The notes under the pieces were generated by a model. The model searched no databases. It saw only the letters and a program-made list of their open reading frames with translations, and was not told the DNA's origin. The position numbers and the translations under genes are program-made. A stretch of DNA of 63,701 bases, the filler included, from Candidatus Rokuibacteriota bacterium (GTDB lineage: Bacteria > JAUVQV01 > DATDCY01), in assembly GCA_031406795.1 (NCBI GenBank). It is 6 parts of 6 records of this genome, joined end to end, with 100 filler letters (N's around TTAATTAATTAA, not from the genome) between each part and the next. Parts side by side here need not be neighbours in the genome. Positions count along the whole stretch, not along the records: positions 1 to 12,968 come from JANOHV010000163.1; 5 more parts are not named here. One strand, 5' to 3'. Positions 1 through 11,792 of this stretch are shown piece by piece (position 1 is the stretch's first letter; each line of letters opens with the position of its first letter).

Positions 1-641
1 GCCTCGCGGATCGCCGCCTCCTTCGCGCCCTCCGCCATCAGGATCGCCGCGGACTTCTTCCCCTCGGCCTCCGTGATCGCGGCGCGGCGGGTGCGCTCGG
101 CCGCGGCCTGCTGCTCCATCGCCATCTGCATCGTCGGCGAGGGCTTGATGTCCTGAATCTCGACGGTCTTGACGACGATCCCCCAGGCCGCCACGTCATC
201 GGAGATCGCGCCCTTGAGCTTGGCCTTGATCACATCCCGCGAACTGAGCGCGTCGTCGAGGTCCATCTCGCCGACGATGCTCCTGAGCGAGGTCTGGATC
301 AGGTTCACGATCGCGAAGCGGTAGTCGTCGATGCCGTAGACCGCCTTCTGCGGGTCGATGACATTGATGAACGCGAGGGCGTTGGTCATGATGACCGCGT
401 TGTCCCGGGTGATGACCTCCTGCGTCGGGATGTCCATCGAGATGTCCTTGGTGATCACCTTGTAGGCGATGGCGTCGATGTACGGAATCACGAAGTTGAG
501 GCCCGGGTTCAGCGTGCTGTGGTACTTGCCGAGCCGCTGCACGACGTGCTTGTACCCCTGGGGCACGATGCGCACGCCCACGAAGATCGTGAGCAGCACA
601 ACGAAGGCGAGAATCCCGATGACGATCAGGCTGCCGGGCAT
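1..641 (-). CDS. SPFH/band-7 (stomatin-like, QmcA-type) membrane protein, 3' end outside window
   Basis: Manual translation from ATG 641 (absent from ORF track): MPGSLIVIGILAFVVLLTIFVGVRIVPQGYKHVVQRLGKY...QEVITRDNA...LRSIVGEMDLDDALSSRD; SD AGGAG upstream. Confidence 0.93.
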   Translation of the reverse strand, partial: MPGSLIVIGILAFVVLLTIFVGVRIVPQGYKHVVQRLGKYHSTLNPGLNFVIPYIDAIAYKVITKDISMDIPTQEVITRDNAVIMTNALAFINVIDPQKAVYGIDDYRFAIVNLIQTSLRSIVGEMDLDDALSSRDVIKAKLKGAISDDVAAWGIVVKTVEIQDIKPSPTMQMAMEQQAAAERTRRAAITEAEGKKSAAILMAEGAKEAAIRE

Positions 642-741
642 GGCGCGTCTCCTTCTCCTAGCGCGGGCGCCTCGCCCGCAAGACTATAGAGGCTTGTAGA
701 TGGCTACCCTTTCCACGATGTGCGATCAATGCTCTTTCTTT

Positions 742-1218
742 CTAAGGAGACCGCGAGGGGTTCTTCTCGACGTTCAGCACGTGGCCTTCGATGCCGGTCA
801 CGCGGGCGTAGTCACCGGCGCGCAGCGCGTCGCGCGAGATGCAGTCCCACTCCTCGGCGCCGAGCACGGGCACCGCAAAACGGATGCGGCCGCGATCGAG
901 CTGCGAGGCGACGCCCACCAGCATCATCCCCGTCTGGCCGACGATCGCCTCGCGGGACATGCCCGAGGTCGTGCGATCGTGCATCATCGGCTTGAAAAAG
1001 CGAAACCAGAAGAAGGTGCAGGCGGCCGACGCTGCGGTCCAGATGAAGATCTGCAACCCGAGCGGCAGCGACGGCGCGGCCAGCAGCAGCCCGCCAACGA
1101 GGCAGGCGGCGAGCCCGAACCAGACGATGGAGAACGACGGGACGACCAGCTCGGCGCCGATGAGCACCAGCCCGAAAGCCACCCAGTACCACCAGAGAAC
1201 CGTTGGTTGAGCACCCAT
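742..1218 (-). CDS. NfeD-like (YbbJ-type) membrane protein
   Basis: WWYWVAFGLVLIGAELVVPSF hydrophobic N-terminus plus OB-fold-like C-terminus; classic partner of the adjacent SPFH gene. Confidence 0.88.
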   Translation of the reverse strand: MGAQPTVLWWYWVAFGLVLIGAELVVPSFSIVWFGLAACLVGGLLLAAPSLPLGLQIFIWTAASAACTFFWFRFFKPMMHDRTTSGMSREAIVGQTGMMLVGVASQLDRGRIRFAVPVLGAEEWDCISRDALRAGDYARVTGIEGHVLNVEKNPSRSP

Positions 1219-1224
1219 GCGTCG

Positions 1225-1234
1225 ATTATACACA
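1225..1234 (-). promoter_or_regulatory. Extended -10 promoter (TGTGTATAAT) 6 nt upstream of the nfeD ATG; probable leaderless transcript
   Basis: Minus strand reads TGTGTATAAT-CGACGC-ATG, no SD. Confidence 0.6.
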
Positions 1235-1308
1235 CAAGTCGCGTCTGCCGGCGCGCGCGTCGCGTGCCGAGGCTGCGTACGCGCGGATCGAGGCGCGCGC
1301 AAACGTCC

Positions 1309-1337
1309 TTGTAAAAAGCTCGAGCGCACGCTACTAT
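1309..1337 (+). promoter_or_regulatory. sigma70-type promoter for leuB
   Basis: TTGTAA-N17-TACTAT. Confidence 0.6.
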
Positions 1338-1376
1338 TTCGACCGAATTTGGCGGGTATCTCTCAAGGAGGCGATG

Positions 1377-2441
1377 ATGGCGAAGACTTACAAGATTGCA
1401 GTCCTCGGCGGCGACGGCACGGGCCCCGAGGTGGTGCGTGAAGGCGTCAAAGTCCTGAAGGCCGTGGCGGCCGTCGAGCGCTTCAAGCTCGACCTGGTCG
1501 ATTACGACTGGGGCGGGGACCGTTACCTGAAGACCGGCGAGATCCTGCCGCCGAACGCGATCGCCGAGATGAAGAAGCACGACGCGATCCTCCTCGGTGC
1601 GATCGGCCACCCCGACGTCAAGCCCGGGATCCTCGAGAAGGGGATACTGCTCGAGCTGCGCTTCAAGCTCGACCAGTACATCAACCTGCGGCCGGTCAAG
1701 CTCTTTCCCGGCGTCGAGACGCCGCTCAAGGACAAGGGCCCGGCGGACATCGACTACGTCGTCGTGCGCGAGAACTCCGGCGACGCCTACACCGGCGCCG
1801 GCGGCGTGATGATGAAGGGGACGCCGCACGAGGTCGCGACGCAGACCGCGGTCTACAGCCGCTTCCAGGTGGACCGCTGCCTGAAGTACGCATTCGAGCT
1901 GACGAAGAAGCGCAAGAAGAAGAACACCCTCGCGCTGTGCGGCAAGACGAACGTGCTGACCTTTCTCTACGACCTGTGGGAGCGCGCCTTCCACGAGATG
2001 GGGCAGGCTTCGTTCCCGAAGATCAAGCGCGAGTACTACCACGTCGACGCGACGTGCATGTGGATGGTGAAGAACCCGGAGTGGTTCGACGTGATCGTCA
2101 CCGGCAACATGTTCGGGGACATCATCACCGACCTCGGCGCCATCACGCAGGGGGGCATGGGCATCGCCGCCGGCGGCAACATCAATCCCGAGGGCGTGTC
2201 GATGTTCGAGCCGATCGGCGGTTCGGCGCCGAAGTACACGGGTCAGAACATCATCAACCCGCTCGCGGCGATCTGCGCCGGCCAGATGCTGCTCGAGACC
2301 CTCGGCGAGGAGAAGGCCGCGGCGCGCATCGAGAAAGCGGTCATGAAGGTCGTCGCGAAGGACCTCAAGTCGCTCGGCGCCGGGAAGATGGGCAAGAGCA
2401 CGAGCGAAGTCGGCGACCTCGTCGCGAAATACGCCGTGTAG
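1377..2441 (+). CDS. leuB: 3-isopropylmalate dehydrogenase (isocitrate/isopropylmalate dehydrogenase family)
   Basis: [42 protein letters not shown] motifs; SD AGGAGG. Confidence 0.85.
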   Translation: MAKTYKIAVLGGDGTGPEVVREGVKVLKAVAAVERFKLDLVDYDWGGDRYLKTGEILPPNAIAEMKKHDAILLGAIGHPDVKPGILEKGILLELRFKLDQYINLRPVKLFPGVETPLKDKGPADIDYVVVRENSGDAYTGAGGVMMKGTPHEVATQTAVYSRFQVDRCLKYAFELTKKRKKKNTLALCGKTNVLTFLYDLWERAFHEMGQASFPKIKREYYHVDATCMWMVKNPEWFDVIVTGNMFGDIITDLGAITQGGMGIAAGGNINPEGVSMFEPIGGSAPKYTGQNIINPLAAICAGQMLLETLGEEKAAARIEKAVMKVVAKDLKSLGAGKMGKSTSEVGDLVAKYAV

Positions 2442-2582
2442 CCCGGGTCATTCGGGAGGCCCTGATCCGCCCCGGCGGCGTTGAGGGTCGGGCAGCTTGT
2501 GCGGCGTACGGGAGTACGCCTCCGCGCACCCATTCCCGCTGCCTTGCCGGGACGATAAAATCCGCTCCTGACTGACTCGGGC
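2441..2582. mobile_element. 142-bp MITE-like structured element
   Basis: Imperfect 17-bp TIRs (GCCCGGGTCATTCGGGA / TCCTGACTGACTCGGGC); internal core GGCGGCGTTG...GCGGCGTAC-GGGA-GTACGCCTC...GCCTTGCC shared with the element at 18799. Confidence 0.6.
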
Positions 2583-2605
2583 AGCGGGTTCCCAGAGAGA
2601 ACGAT

Positions 2606-4318
2606 TTAAATTAAAGTCGCGAGCAGCGCGGCGACGGTCGCGGCGAGTTCCGCCAGCGGTGCCTCTGACTTCTCCCCCGTGCGGCGGACGCGCAATTCGC
2701 CGACCCCGCGGGCATAGGACTTGCCGCCGAGCGTCACGCGCAGCGGCATGCCGAGCAGGTCGGCGTCCTTGAATTTCACGCCCGGGCGCTCCTCGCGGTC
2801 GTCCCAGAGGACCTCGATCCCGCGCCGCTCCAGGTCGGCGACGAACCGCTCGGCCTCCGCGCGGACGGCGGCGTCCGTTTCGCTCAACGTCACGAGGTGC
2901 ACCGGGAACGGTGCAAGCGGCAGCGGCCAGACGATGCCGTCCGCGTCGTTGTTCTGCTCGATCGAGGCCGCCACCGTGCGGCCGGTGCCGATCCCGTAGC
3001 AGCCCATGACGCTGACCTGCTCCTTGCCTTCCTCGTCGAGATAGGTCGCTTTCATCGCCTGGGTGTACTTCGTCCCCAGCTTGAAGACGTGCCCGACTTC
3101 GATGCCGCGCACAATCTCCAGCGGCTGGCCGCACTTCGCGCACGGGTCGCCGGGCTCGGCGCTCTTGAGGTCCGCCCAGGTCGTCACGGTGAAATCCCGT
3201 CCGTGACAGACGTCGACGAAATGCGCGTCGGCGGCGTTGGCCCCGACAACGAAATTCGCGAGCGACTCGACGTGACGGTCCGCGATCACGCGAACGCCCT
3301 CGAGGCCGACCGGGCCGGCGAAACCCACCGGCGCCCCGGTGGCCTTCTCGATCTGTGCGGGCGTCGCGGGCGCGACCTCGCGGCCGCCGAGCAGATTCTT
3401 GAGCTTGGTCTCGTTCACCTGGTGGTCGCCGCGCACCAGGACCGCCACGACCTCCCCGCCAGCGTCGAAGAGCAGGGTCTTGACGAGCCGATTCGCCGGG
3501 AGGCCGAGAAAGGCCGCGACCTCCTCGATCGTGCGCGCCGCCGGCGTCGCCACGCGCGTGCAGGCCCGTGCTGCCGCCGACGAGGTTTCGCGTGCGGGCG
3601 CCGCAACCTGGGCCTTCTCCAGATTGGCGCCGTAGCCGCAGGACGTGCAGGTCACGACCGCGTCCTCGCCCGTGTCGGCGAGCACCATGAACTCGTGCGA
3701 GAAGGAGCCGCCGATCTGCCCGGAGTCGGCCTCCACGGCCTTGAACCGCAGGCCGCAGCGCTCGAAGATCCGGGTGTAGGCGGCGAACATCGCGCGATAG
3801 CTCTCCTCGGCCCCCGCCTCGTCGCGATCGAAACTGTAGGCGTCCTTCATGCCGAACTCGCGCCCGCGCATCAGCCCGAAGCGCGGCCGGATCTCGTCGC
3901 GGAATTTCGTCTGGATCTGATAGAGGTTCACCGGGAACTGCCGCCAGGAGCGGACGTCGCGCCGCACCAGATCGGTGATGACCTCCTCGTGCGTCGGGCC
4001 GAGGCAGAAATCGCGGTCGTGACGGTCACGGATGCGCATCAGTTCCCTGCCGTAGACTTCCCAGCGGCCGGTCTCGCGCCAGAGTTCCGACGGCGAGAGC
4101 ACGGGGAGGAAGACCTCCTGGGCCCCGGCGCGATCCATTTCGCCACGGACGATCCCTTCGACCTTCCGCAGCGCGCGCAGTCCGATCGGCAGATAGGAGT
4201 AGATGCCGGCGGCGGTGCGACGGATCATGCCGGCCCGCAGCATCAGGCGGTGGCTGACGATCTCCGCCTCCGCGGGGTCTTCGCGCAAAGTCGGGACCAG
4301 ATACTTGCTGAGGCGCAT
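2606..4318 (-). CDS. proS: Proline--tRNA ligase (with editing insertion domain)
   Basis: [42 protein letters not shown]. Confidence 0.98.
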   Translation of the reverse strand: MRLSKYLVPTLREDPAEAEIVSHRLMLRAGMIRRTAAGIYSYLPIGLRALRKVEGIVRGEMDRAGAQEVFLPVLSPSELWRETGRWEVYGRELMRIRDRHDRDFCLGPTHEEVITDLVRRDVRSWRQFPVNLYQIQTKFRDEIRPRFGLMRGREFGMKDAYSFDRDEAGAEESYRAMFAAYTRIFERCGLRFKAVEADSGQIGGSFSHEFMVLADTGEDAVVTCTSCGYGANLEKAQVAAPARETSSAAARACTRVATPAARTIEEVAAFLGLPANRLVKTLLFDAGGEVVAVLVRGDHQVNETKLKNLLGGREVAPATPAQIEKATGAPVGFAGPVGLEGVRVIADRHVESLANFVVGANAADAHFVDVCHGRDFTVTTWADLKSAEPGDPCAKCGQPLEIVRGIEVGHVFKLGTKYTQAMKATYLDEEGKEQVSVMGCYGIGTGRTVAASIEQNNDADGIVWPLPLAPFPVHLVTLSETDAAVRAEAERFVADLERRGIEVLWDDREERPGVKFKDADLLGMPLRVTLGGKSYARGVGELRVRRTGEKSEAPLAELAATVAALLATLI

Positions 4319-4334
4319 CGGGCTTCCTTTCGGT

Positions 4335-4841
4335 CTAGAAGAGTGACTGCTGCTGTTGCAGCTGGCCGATCTCCTCGGTGGAGAGCAGCTGGTCGATGCT
4401 CAGGATGCTGATCAGCGTTTCGCCGACGCGGGCCATCCCGCTGATGAATTTCCCGGCGCGATCGAAGGTCAGCGACGGCGCCGGACCGATCGCCTTCGCC
4501 GGCAGGGACACGACCTCGGTGACGGCGTTGACGACGAAGCCGACGCTCTGGCCGCGCAGGCTGGCGATGATGATGCGGGTCTGCCGGTCGGGGACGATGG
4601 CCGCCAGTCCGAAGCGCCGGGACAGATCGATGATCGGGATGATCGCCCCGCGCAGGTGGATGACCCCTTCGACGAACGAAAGCGCCTGCGGCACCCTGGT
4701 CACCGTCTGGACGCGGTCGATCTCCTGCACGCCGGCGATGTCGAGGCCGTACATGGCGTCGCCGACCCGGAAGGCGACCACCTGGAGCGTCTCGTGTTCC
4801 TGCCGCGCCACCGCGCGCCGCTCGCTCCTGCGCTTGAGCAT
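4335..4841 (-). CDS. cheW: CheW chemotaxis coupling protein
   Basis: VAFRVG..YGLDI..VQEI...TRVP...[15 protein letters not shown] pattern. Confidence 0.9.
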   Translation of the reverse strand: MLKRRSERRAVARQEHETLQVVAFRVGDAMYGLDIAGVQEIDRVQTVTRVPQALSFVEGVIHLRGAIIPIIDLSRRFGLAAIVPDRQTRIIIASLRGQSVGFVVNAVTEVVSLPAKAIGPAPSLTFDRAGKFISGMARVGETLISILSIDQLLSTEEIGQLQQQQSLF

Positions 4842-4847
4842 GACCCG

Positions 4848-5936
4848 TTACCCCCGCTCCGTTCCCGGTTCCCGGCGCCCGGACTGTTCCCGCACCACCG
4901 CCACCAGTTCGTCGATCATGCGCGATTCGGGAACCGTTTTCAATATCTTCCCGCGACTGAAGATCACGGCTTTCCCCTTGCCGCCGGCCAGCCCGAAATC
5001 CGCGGCCTTCGCTTCGCCGGGTCCGTTGACCGGACAGCCCATGACGGCCACGGTCAGCGGCGTCGCGATGTCCGCGAGACCGCGCCGCACCGCCCGCGCA
5101 GTGCGCTGCAGGTCGATGCCGCAGCGGCCGCAGGTGGGGCAGGAGATGATCTCGACCCCCTCGCGCCGCAGTCCGACGGCGGCGAGGATCTCCCGGGCGA
5201 CGCGCACCTCCTCCACGGGGGTGTCGGTCAAGGAAACGCGCAGCGTGTCGCCGATTCCGTCCGCGAGCAGCGCGCCCATGCCGATCGACGACTTGACGAT
5301 GCCGGCGAGCCCCCAGCCGGCCTCGGTCACCCCGAGGTGCAGCGGGTAACGCAGCGCCCGCGCGGCGAGCCGGTAGGCGGCGATCGTGTGCAGCACGCTC
5401 GAGGCCTTGAGCGAGACGACGATTGCGCGAAACCCGACCGCCTCGAGGTCGCGCACCGCGCGCACGGCGCTCTCGACGAGCGCGGCCGGTGTCGCCCCGC
5501 CGTGCCTGGCCTGCAGTTCCTTCTCCAGCGACCCCGCGTTCACGCCGACACGGATCGCGCAGCCGCGCTCCCCGGCCCGCCGGGCGACTTCCTGGAGGCG
5601 CTGCGTACCGCCGATGTTGCCCGGATTAAGCCGGACCTTGTCGGCGCCGGCGTCGATGCAGGCGATGGCCAGCCGGTAGTCGAAATGGATGTCGGCGACC
5701 AGCGGCAGCGCGACGCGCTCGCGAATCCTGCCGAAGGCCGCCACCGCGTCGTGGCCGGGGACGGCCACCCGGACGATCTCGCACCCCGCGCGCTCGAGCG
5801 CCCGCACCTGGCGCACCGTGGCGCCGACGTTGCCGGTGTCGGTTTTGGTCATCGACTGGATCCGCACCGGCGCGCCCGCGCCGAGGGTCAACGCTCCGAC
5901 CCGAACCGCGCGCGTGCGTCGTCTCACTGGTTCCAC
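4848..5936 (-). CDS. ispG: (E)-4-hydroxy-3-methylbut-2-enyl-diphosphate synthase
   Basis: IQSMT, ADIHF, RLNPGNIG, SCPTCGRC, MGCPVNGPGEA; GTG start inferred. Confidence 0.97.
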   Translation of the reverse strand: MEPVRRRTRAVRVGALTLGAGAPVRIQSMTKTDTGNVGATVRQVRALERAGCEIVRVAVPGHDAVAAFGRIRERVALPLVADIHFDYRLAIACIDAGADKVRLNPGNIGGTQRLQEVARRAGERGCAIRVGVNAGSLEKELQARHGGATPAALVESAVRAVRDLEAVGFRAIVVSLKASSVLHTIAAYRLAARALRYPLHLGVTEAGWGLAGIVKSSIGMGALLADGIGDTLRVSLTDTPVEEVRVAREILAAVGLRREGVEIISCPTCGRCGIDLQRTARAVRRGLADIATPLTVAVMGCPVNGPGEAKAADFGLAGGKGKAVIFSRGKILKTVPESRMIDELVAVVREQSGRREPGTERG

Positions 5937-6031
5937 TGAACCATCACTTTTCGCAAGGACAACGACGCGGTGCTTCGAAAGCAACAAGCGCTGCGCGGGG
6001 GCGACTCATGACGAGACGGTTTGGGCGTACA

Positions 6032-7138
6032 CTAGTTCCCCCAGTTCCCGCTGACCACGCGCATGATGTCGTTGTAGAACGCGAAGAGCATCAGCAGCAG
6101 CAGCAGGCCCAACCCCACCTGTTGGGTGATCTCCTTGACGCGGCGGCTCAATGGCCGGCCGCGCAGGGCCTCGACCACCAGGAACCAGATCTGCCCGCCG
6201 TCGAGAACCGGGATCGGGAAGAGGTTGAACAGCCCGAGGGAAATCGAGAGGAAGGCGCTGAAGAAGATCAGGTTCATCGCGCCCGCCTGCGCCTGCTGTC
6301 CGGCCATCTGCACGATCATGATCGGCCCGCCGATCGTGTTCGCGGGCACGATCCGCTGGAAGATCTTCGCGATCCCGACGAGCGTCATGCGCATGATCTC
6401 CCCGGTGCGACTGAGGCTGAGCCCGGCCGCTTCGAGCGGGCCATACCGCCTGGTGGTGAACCGCTCTGCGGGGGTGATGCCCACGAGTCCGACGGTCGTC
6501 GGCTCGCCGAAGACCGTCCGCGAAGGCGACGCCTTGGGCGTGATGCGTTTGGTCAGAGTCTCGGCGCCGCGGCGGATCGTGAACACCCGTTCGACCCCCC
6601 CGCTGCCGTGGACGACGGCCGTAAGTTCTTCCCAGGTGCCGATCGCCTTGGCGTCGATCGCCGTGACCACGTCTCCCGGGAGCAGCCCGGCGTCCGCCGC
6701 CGGGTAATTCGGCTGGACGGTGCCGATCTCGGAAAGAAGCAGCGGCACCCCGGCCATGAAGACGAGCCAGAACACCAGGACGGCGAACGCGACATTGGCG
6801 AACGGGCCGGCGACGATGATGATCATCCGGGCCCAGACCGGCTTGTTCTCGAACGACAAGGCGGGATCCGGCGGCGGCGCGGGGGGCGCCGTGTCGGCTC
6901 CTTCGGCGGGAACCGCCTCCTCATCATGCTCGCCGACCATCTTGACGAAGCCGCCGAGCGGGAACGCGGAGAAGACGTACTCGGTCCCGCCGCGCGCGAA
7001 GCCCCAGACGCGCGGCCCGAAGCCGATTGAGAACTTGATGACGCCGACGCCGAGTCTTCGCGCGGCGGCGAAGTGTCCGAGTTCGTGTACGAGCACGAGC
7101 AACGAGAGCACGAGAATCGCCGTGAGTATGCTGACCAT
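6032..7138 (-). CDS. rseP: RIP metalloprotease RseP
   Basis: HELGH, PDZ domain, NLFPIPVLDGG. Confidence 0.96.
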   Translation of the reverse strand: MVSILTAILVLSLLVLVHELGHFAAARRLGVGVIKFSIGFGPRVWGFARGGTEYVFSAFPLGGFVKMVGEHDEEAVPAEGADTAPPAPPPDPALSFENKPVWARMIIIVAGPFANVAFAVLVFWLVFMAGVPLLLSEIGTVQPNYPAADAGLLPGDVVTAIDAKAIGTWEELTAVVHGSGGVERVFTIRRGAETLTKRITPKASPSRTVFGEPTTVGLVGITPAERFTTRRYGPLEAAGLSLSRTGEIMRMTLVGIAKIFQRIVPANTIGGPIMIVQMAGQQAQAGAMNLIFFSAFLSISLGLFNLFPIPVLDGGQIWFLVVEALRGRPLSRRVKEITQQVGLGLLLLLMLFAFYNDIMRVVSGNWGN

Positions 7139-8320
7139 CTAGCCCCTCCGTGGTGCCTGTCTGCCGCGGACCAACTCCGCGGCAGCTTCGCGGGCCGCGG
7201 CATCCGCGGCCATGATCATGTCGATGTCGGGCAATCCCGGAACCGCGACGGGGCCTGCGAGCACCTCGGCGACGACTTCCACGATCGCGGTGAAACCGAG
7301 CCGGCGTTCGAGGAACGCCTGCACGGCGACTTCGTTCGCCGCGTTGAGGACGGCGGGAGCCGTGCCGCCGCGGGCGAATGCCGCGTAGGCCAGCCCGAGC
7401 GCCGGGAACCGGGCGTGATCGGGCGCGGAGAACTCCAGGCGTCCGAGGGCCGCCAGGTCGAGCCGCCGCCAGGGAAGTGCGACGCGCTCCGGGTGATACA
7501 ACGCGGCGGCGATCGGGATGCGCATGTCCGGGGGCGAAAGATGCGCGAGCAGCGCGCCGTCGATCATCTCGAGCGCCCCGTGGACGACGCTCTGCGGGTG
7601 AATCACGACCGCGATGCGCTCCAGCGGCAGATTGAAGAGCCAGTGCGCCTCGATGACTTCGAGCCCCTTGTTCATCAGCGTCGCCGAGTCGATGCTGACC
7701 TTGGCGCCCATGCTCCAGCTCGGGTGGCGCAGCGCGTCCTCGGGCGTGACCTCGGCGAGGCTCCCGTTCCGGCGCAGGAACGGCCCCCCCGAAGCGGTCA
7801 GCACGAGCCGGCTCACCTCCGCGGCGTCGCGGCCGGCCAGGAGCTGAAAGAGCGCATTGTGCTCGCTGTCGACCGGCAGCAGGACCCCGCCGGCCTCTCG
7901 CGCCGCGGCCGTGATCACCGACCCTGCGGCGACCAGCGATTCCTTGTTCGCGAGAGCGATCGTCTTGCCGGCGCGCGCGGCGGCGAGCGTCGGCAGGATC
8001 CCGGCGGCGCCGACGATCGCCGAGAGCACGACATCGGCGGCGGTGTGCGTGGCCGCCCGCTCCAGGCCCTCGTCGCCGCCGGCGACGGCGATACCGCTGC
8101 CGGCGAGCGCTCGTCCCAGCTCGTGCGCCGCAGCATCGTCGGCCGCGGTCACGAGCAGCGGGCGAAACTCGCGAGCCTGCGCCTCGAGCTTTCGCCAATT
8201 GGATCCGGCCGCGAGCGCCGCGACGCCGAGCCGGCCACCCGAAGCGCGGACGACGTCGAGCGCGCTCTCCCCGATCGACCCCGTCGCGCCGAGGATGGAT
8301 ACCCGTCGCACCGGCCTCAC
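7139..8320 (-). CDS. dxr: 1-deoxy-D-xylulose-5-phosphate reductoisomerase
   Basis: ILGATGSIG, LANKESLV, PVDSEH, HPSWSMGAKVSIDSATLMNKGLE; GTG start overlaps cdsA stop (GTGA). Confidence 0.97.
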   Translation of the reverse strand: MRPVRRVSILGATGSIGESALDVVRASGGRLGVAALAAGSNWRKLEAQAREFRPLLVTAADDAAAHELGRALAGSGIAVAGGDEGLERAATHTAADVVLSAIVGAAGILPTLAAARAGKTIALANKESLVAAGSVITAAAREAGGVLLPVDSEHNALFQLLAGRDAAEVSRLVLTASGGPFLRRNGSLAEVTPEDALRHPSWSMGAKVSIDSATLMNKGLEVIEAHWLFNLPLERIAVVIHPQSVVHGALEMIDGALLAHLSPPDMRIPIAAALYHPERVALPWRRLDLAALGRLEFSAPDHARFPALGLAYAAFARGGTAPAVLNAANEVAVQAFLERRLGFTAIVEVVAEVLAGPVAVPGLPDIDMIMAADAAAREAAAELVRGRQAPRRG

Positions 8321-9102
8321 GCTCCCCAGGTGCGCACGATGTGGTAGCCGGCCGGGATGCCGAGCAGCAGGCTGTCGATCCGATCGAGGATGCCCCCGTG
8401 GCCGGGGATGAGGTTGCCGGAGTCCTTGACGCCCTTGGCGCGTTTCCAGAGCGACTCGAACAGATCGCCGAGCTGGCCGGTCAGACCGACGGCGAGACTG
8501 GTCGACGCGACAAACCCGGCGGGCACGTCGCCGGCAAAGAGCGGCAGCGACAGCAATCCACCGGCCAGCGAGCCCGCGAGTCCGCCGACGGCGCCGGCCC
8601 AGGTCTTGTTCGGGCTCAGGTTCGGGCAGAGCCGCCGCCGGCCAAAACGCGACCCGACGAAGTAGGCCGCGCTGTCTCCGGCCCAGGTCGCGCCGAGCAC
8701 GAGAAAGAGCCAGGCCGCGCCGTGAGCGGTCTCCATCCGCAGCAGCCAGAGGCACCCCAGGCCGTAGCCGATGTACGCCAGGCCAAGGACCCCCTCCGCG
8801 AGACCGCGAAACCGGCGCGCCGGATCCTCGACCCGCCAGAGCGACAGCAGCGCCAGCGCCAGCAGGGAGGCCGCACCGACACCGGGGGCGCCGCCCGCGG
8901 GAACGGCGATCAACACCGGCACCGCGCAACCCAGCACCGCCGCCGCGAGCAGCGGCTCGACGGCGCACAGCCGCAGGTACTCGTGCAGCGCCAGCAGCGC
9001 CAGCGCCAGTACGATCGCCCCGAACAGCAGCGGGCCGGCGAGAAACACGGCCGCGAGCACGGGAGGGATGCCGACCAGCGCGGCAATGATCCGCGTCTTC
9101 AC
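8317..9102 (-). CDS. cdsA: Phosphatidate cytidylyltransferase
   Basis: SPNKTW, GDLFESLWKRAKGVKDSGNLIPGHGGILDRID. Confidence 0.96.
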   Translation of the reverse strand: MKTRIIAALVGIPPVLAAVFLAGPLLFGAIVLALALLALHEYLRLCAVEPLLAAAVLGCAVPVLIAVPAGGAPGVGAASLLALALLSLWRVEDPARRFRGLAEGVLGLAYIGYGLGCLWLLRMETAHGAAWLFLVLGATWAGDSAAYFVGSRFGRRRLCPNLSPNKTWAGAVGGLAGSLAGGLLSLPLFAGDVPAGFVASTSLAVGLTGQLGDLFESLWKRAKGVKDSGNLIPGHGGILDRIDSLLLGIPAGYHIVRTWGA

Positions 9103-9818
9103 GCGGCGCCGCCCTCCCCGGCGCGTCCGGCCCGCTCCGCGGCCAGAACGGCCGAGAACCGCCGTGCGCTGAAATCGGGCCAGAGGTCGTCGACGAACGC
9201 CAGCCGGGTGTGCGCCGACTCCCAGAGCAGAAAATTCGAAAGACGCTTTTCGCCGCTGGTGCGGATCATCAGGTCCGGCGGCGGGACGTCAGGGGCATAG
9301 AGGTGAGCTGCCAGATCGGCCTCGGTGAACGGCAGCGGCGGCATCACACCCGCGGTCCCCCCGGCGCCAACCGCGTTGATCGCGTCGACGATCTCGGCGC
9401 GGCCGCCGTAGCTCAGGGCGAGGCAGAGATTCAGCCGCTCGTTTGCCGCCGTGGCCGCGGTCATTTCCGCGACTTTTTCGCGGACCTTCACCGGCAGCAT
9501 GTCGAGTCGCCCGAGGGCCCGAAACCGGATGCCGTTCTCGTTCATCCGTTTCGCCTCCCGACTGAGATACCGGTGGAGCAGGCGCATCAGGTCCTCGACT
9601 TCGGCCTGCGGGCGCTGCCAGTTCTCGAGCGAAAACGTGTAGAGCGTCAGGTACGCGATGCCCTGATCGCGGCAGACCTCCATCGCGGCGCGGGCGGACT
9701 TGACGCCGGCGCGATGCCCCTGGATGCGAGGCAGGCCCCGGCGCCGGGCCCAGCGCCCGTTGCCGTCCATGATGACGGCGACGTGGCGCGGCCAGGGTTC
9801 GGCGGGCGAATTCACCAT
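9099..9818 (-). CDS. uppS: Undecaprenyl diphosphate synthase
   Basis: IMDGNGRWA, FSLENWQRP, RTSGEKRLSNFLLW; synteny. Confidence 0.93.
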   Translation of the reverse strand: MVNSPAEPWPRHVAVIMDGNGRWARRRGLPRIQGHRAGVKSARAAMEVCRDQGIAYLTLYTFSLENWQRPQAEVEDLMRLLHRYLSREAKRMNENGIRFRALGRLDMLPVKVREKVAEMTAATAANERLNLCLALSYGGRAEIVDAINAVGAGGTAGVMPPLPFTEADLAAHLYAPDVPPPDLMIRTSGEKRLSNFLLWESAHTRLAFVDDLWPDFSARRFSAVLAAERAGRAGEGGAA

Positions 9819-9863
9819 CAAGGAGCGTCCGGAGCTGTCCGGGGCCCGGGCGGGCTCACCGGC

Positions 9864-10421
9864 TCAGATCTCCATGATCTCCTTTTCCTTCTTCTCGATC
9901 GTCTGGTTGACGGTCGCGGTGAAGTCGTCGGTGAGCTTCTGCACCCGCTCGTGCGAGCTGTGCATCTCGTCTTGCGAGACCTTGCCGTCCTTCTCGAGCT
10001 TCTTGACCTGCTCGTTGACGTCGCGGCGCACGTTGCGCAGCGAAACGCGCCCCTCCTCGGCGTACTTCCGGGCGACCTTGACGAGGTCCTTGCGGCGCTC
10101 TTCGGTGAGCGCCGGGATCGAAATCCGGATGACCTTGCCGTCGTTCGTGGGCGTCAGACCGAGATTGGCGCGCAGGATGGCCTTTTCGATCTCACCCATG
10201 ATTGTCGGATCCCAGGGCTGGATCACGATCGAACGGCTCTCCGGGATCGAGACCGAGGCGACCTGCGTCACCGGCGTCGGCGCCCCGAAATACTCGACGT
10301 TGACCCCGTCGAGCAGTGCCGGGGTTGCGCGGCCGGTGCGGATGGTCCCGAGTTCCTTCTTGAGCACCTCGAGCGAATGCTGCATTTTCTCCTGGGCGGT
10401 GTGTTCCACGTCTTTGAGCAT
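9864..10421 (-). CDS. frr: Ribosome recycling factor
   Basis: IRTGRATP, PALTEERRKDL. Confidence 0.98.
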   Translation of the reverse strand: MLKDVEHTAQEKMQHSLEVLKKELGTIRTGRATPALLDGVNVEYFGAPTPVTQVASVSIPESRSIVIQPWDPTIMGEIEKAILRANLGLTPTNDGKVIRISIPALTEERRKDLVKVARKYAEEGRVSLRNVRRDVNEQVKKLEKDGKVSQDEMHSSHERVQKLTDDFTATVNQTIEKKEKEIMEI

Positions 10422-10431
10422 GATCGGGGCT

Positions 10432-11788
<1,357 letters not shown>

Positions 11789-11792
11789 GCTC

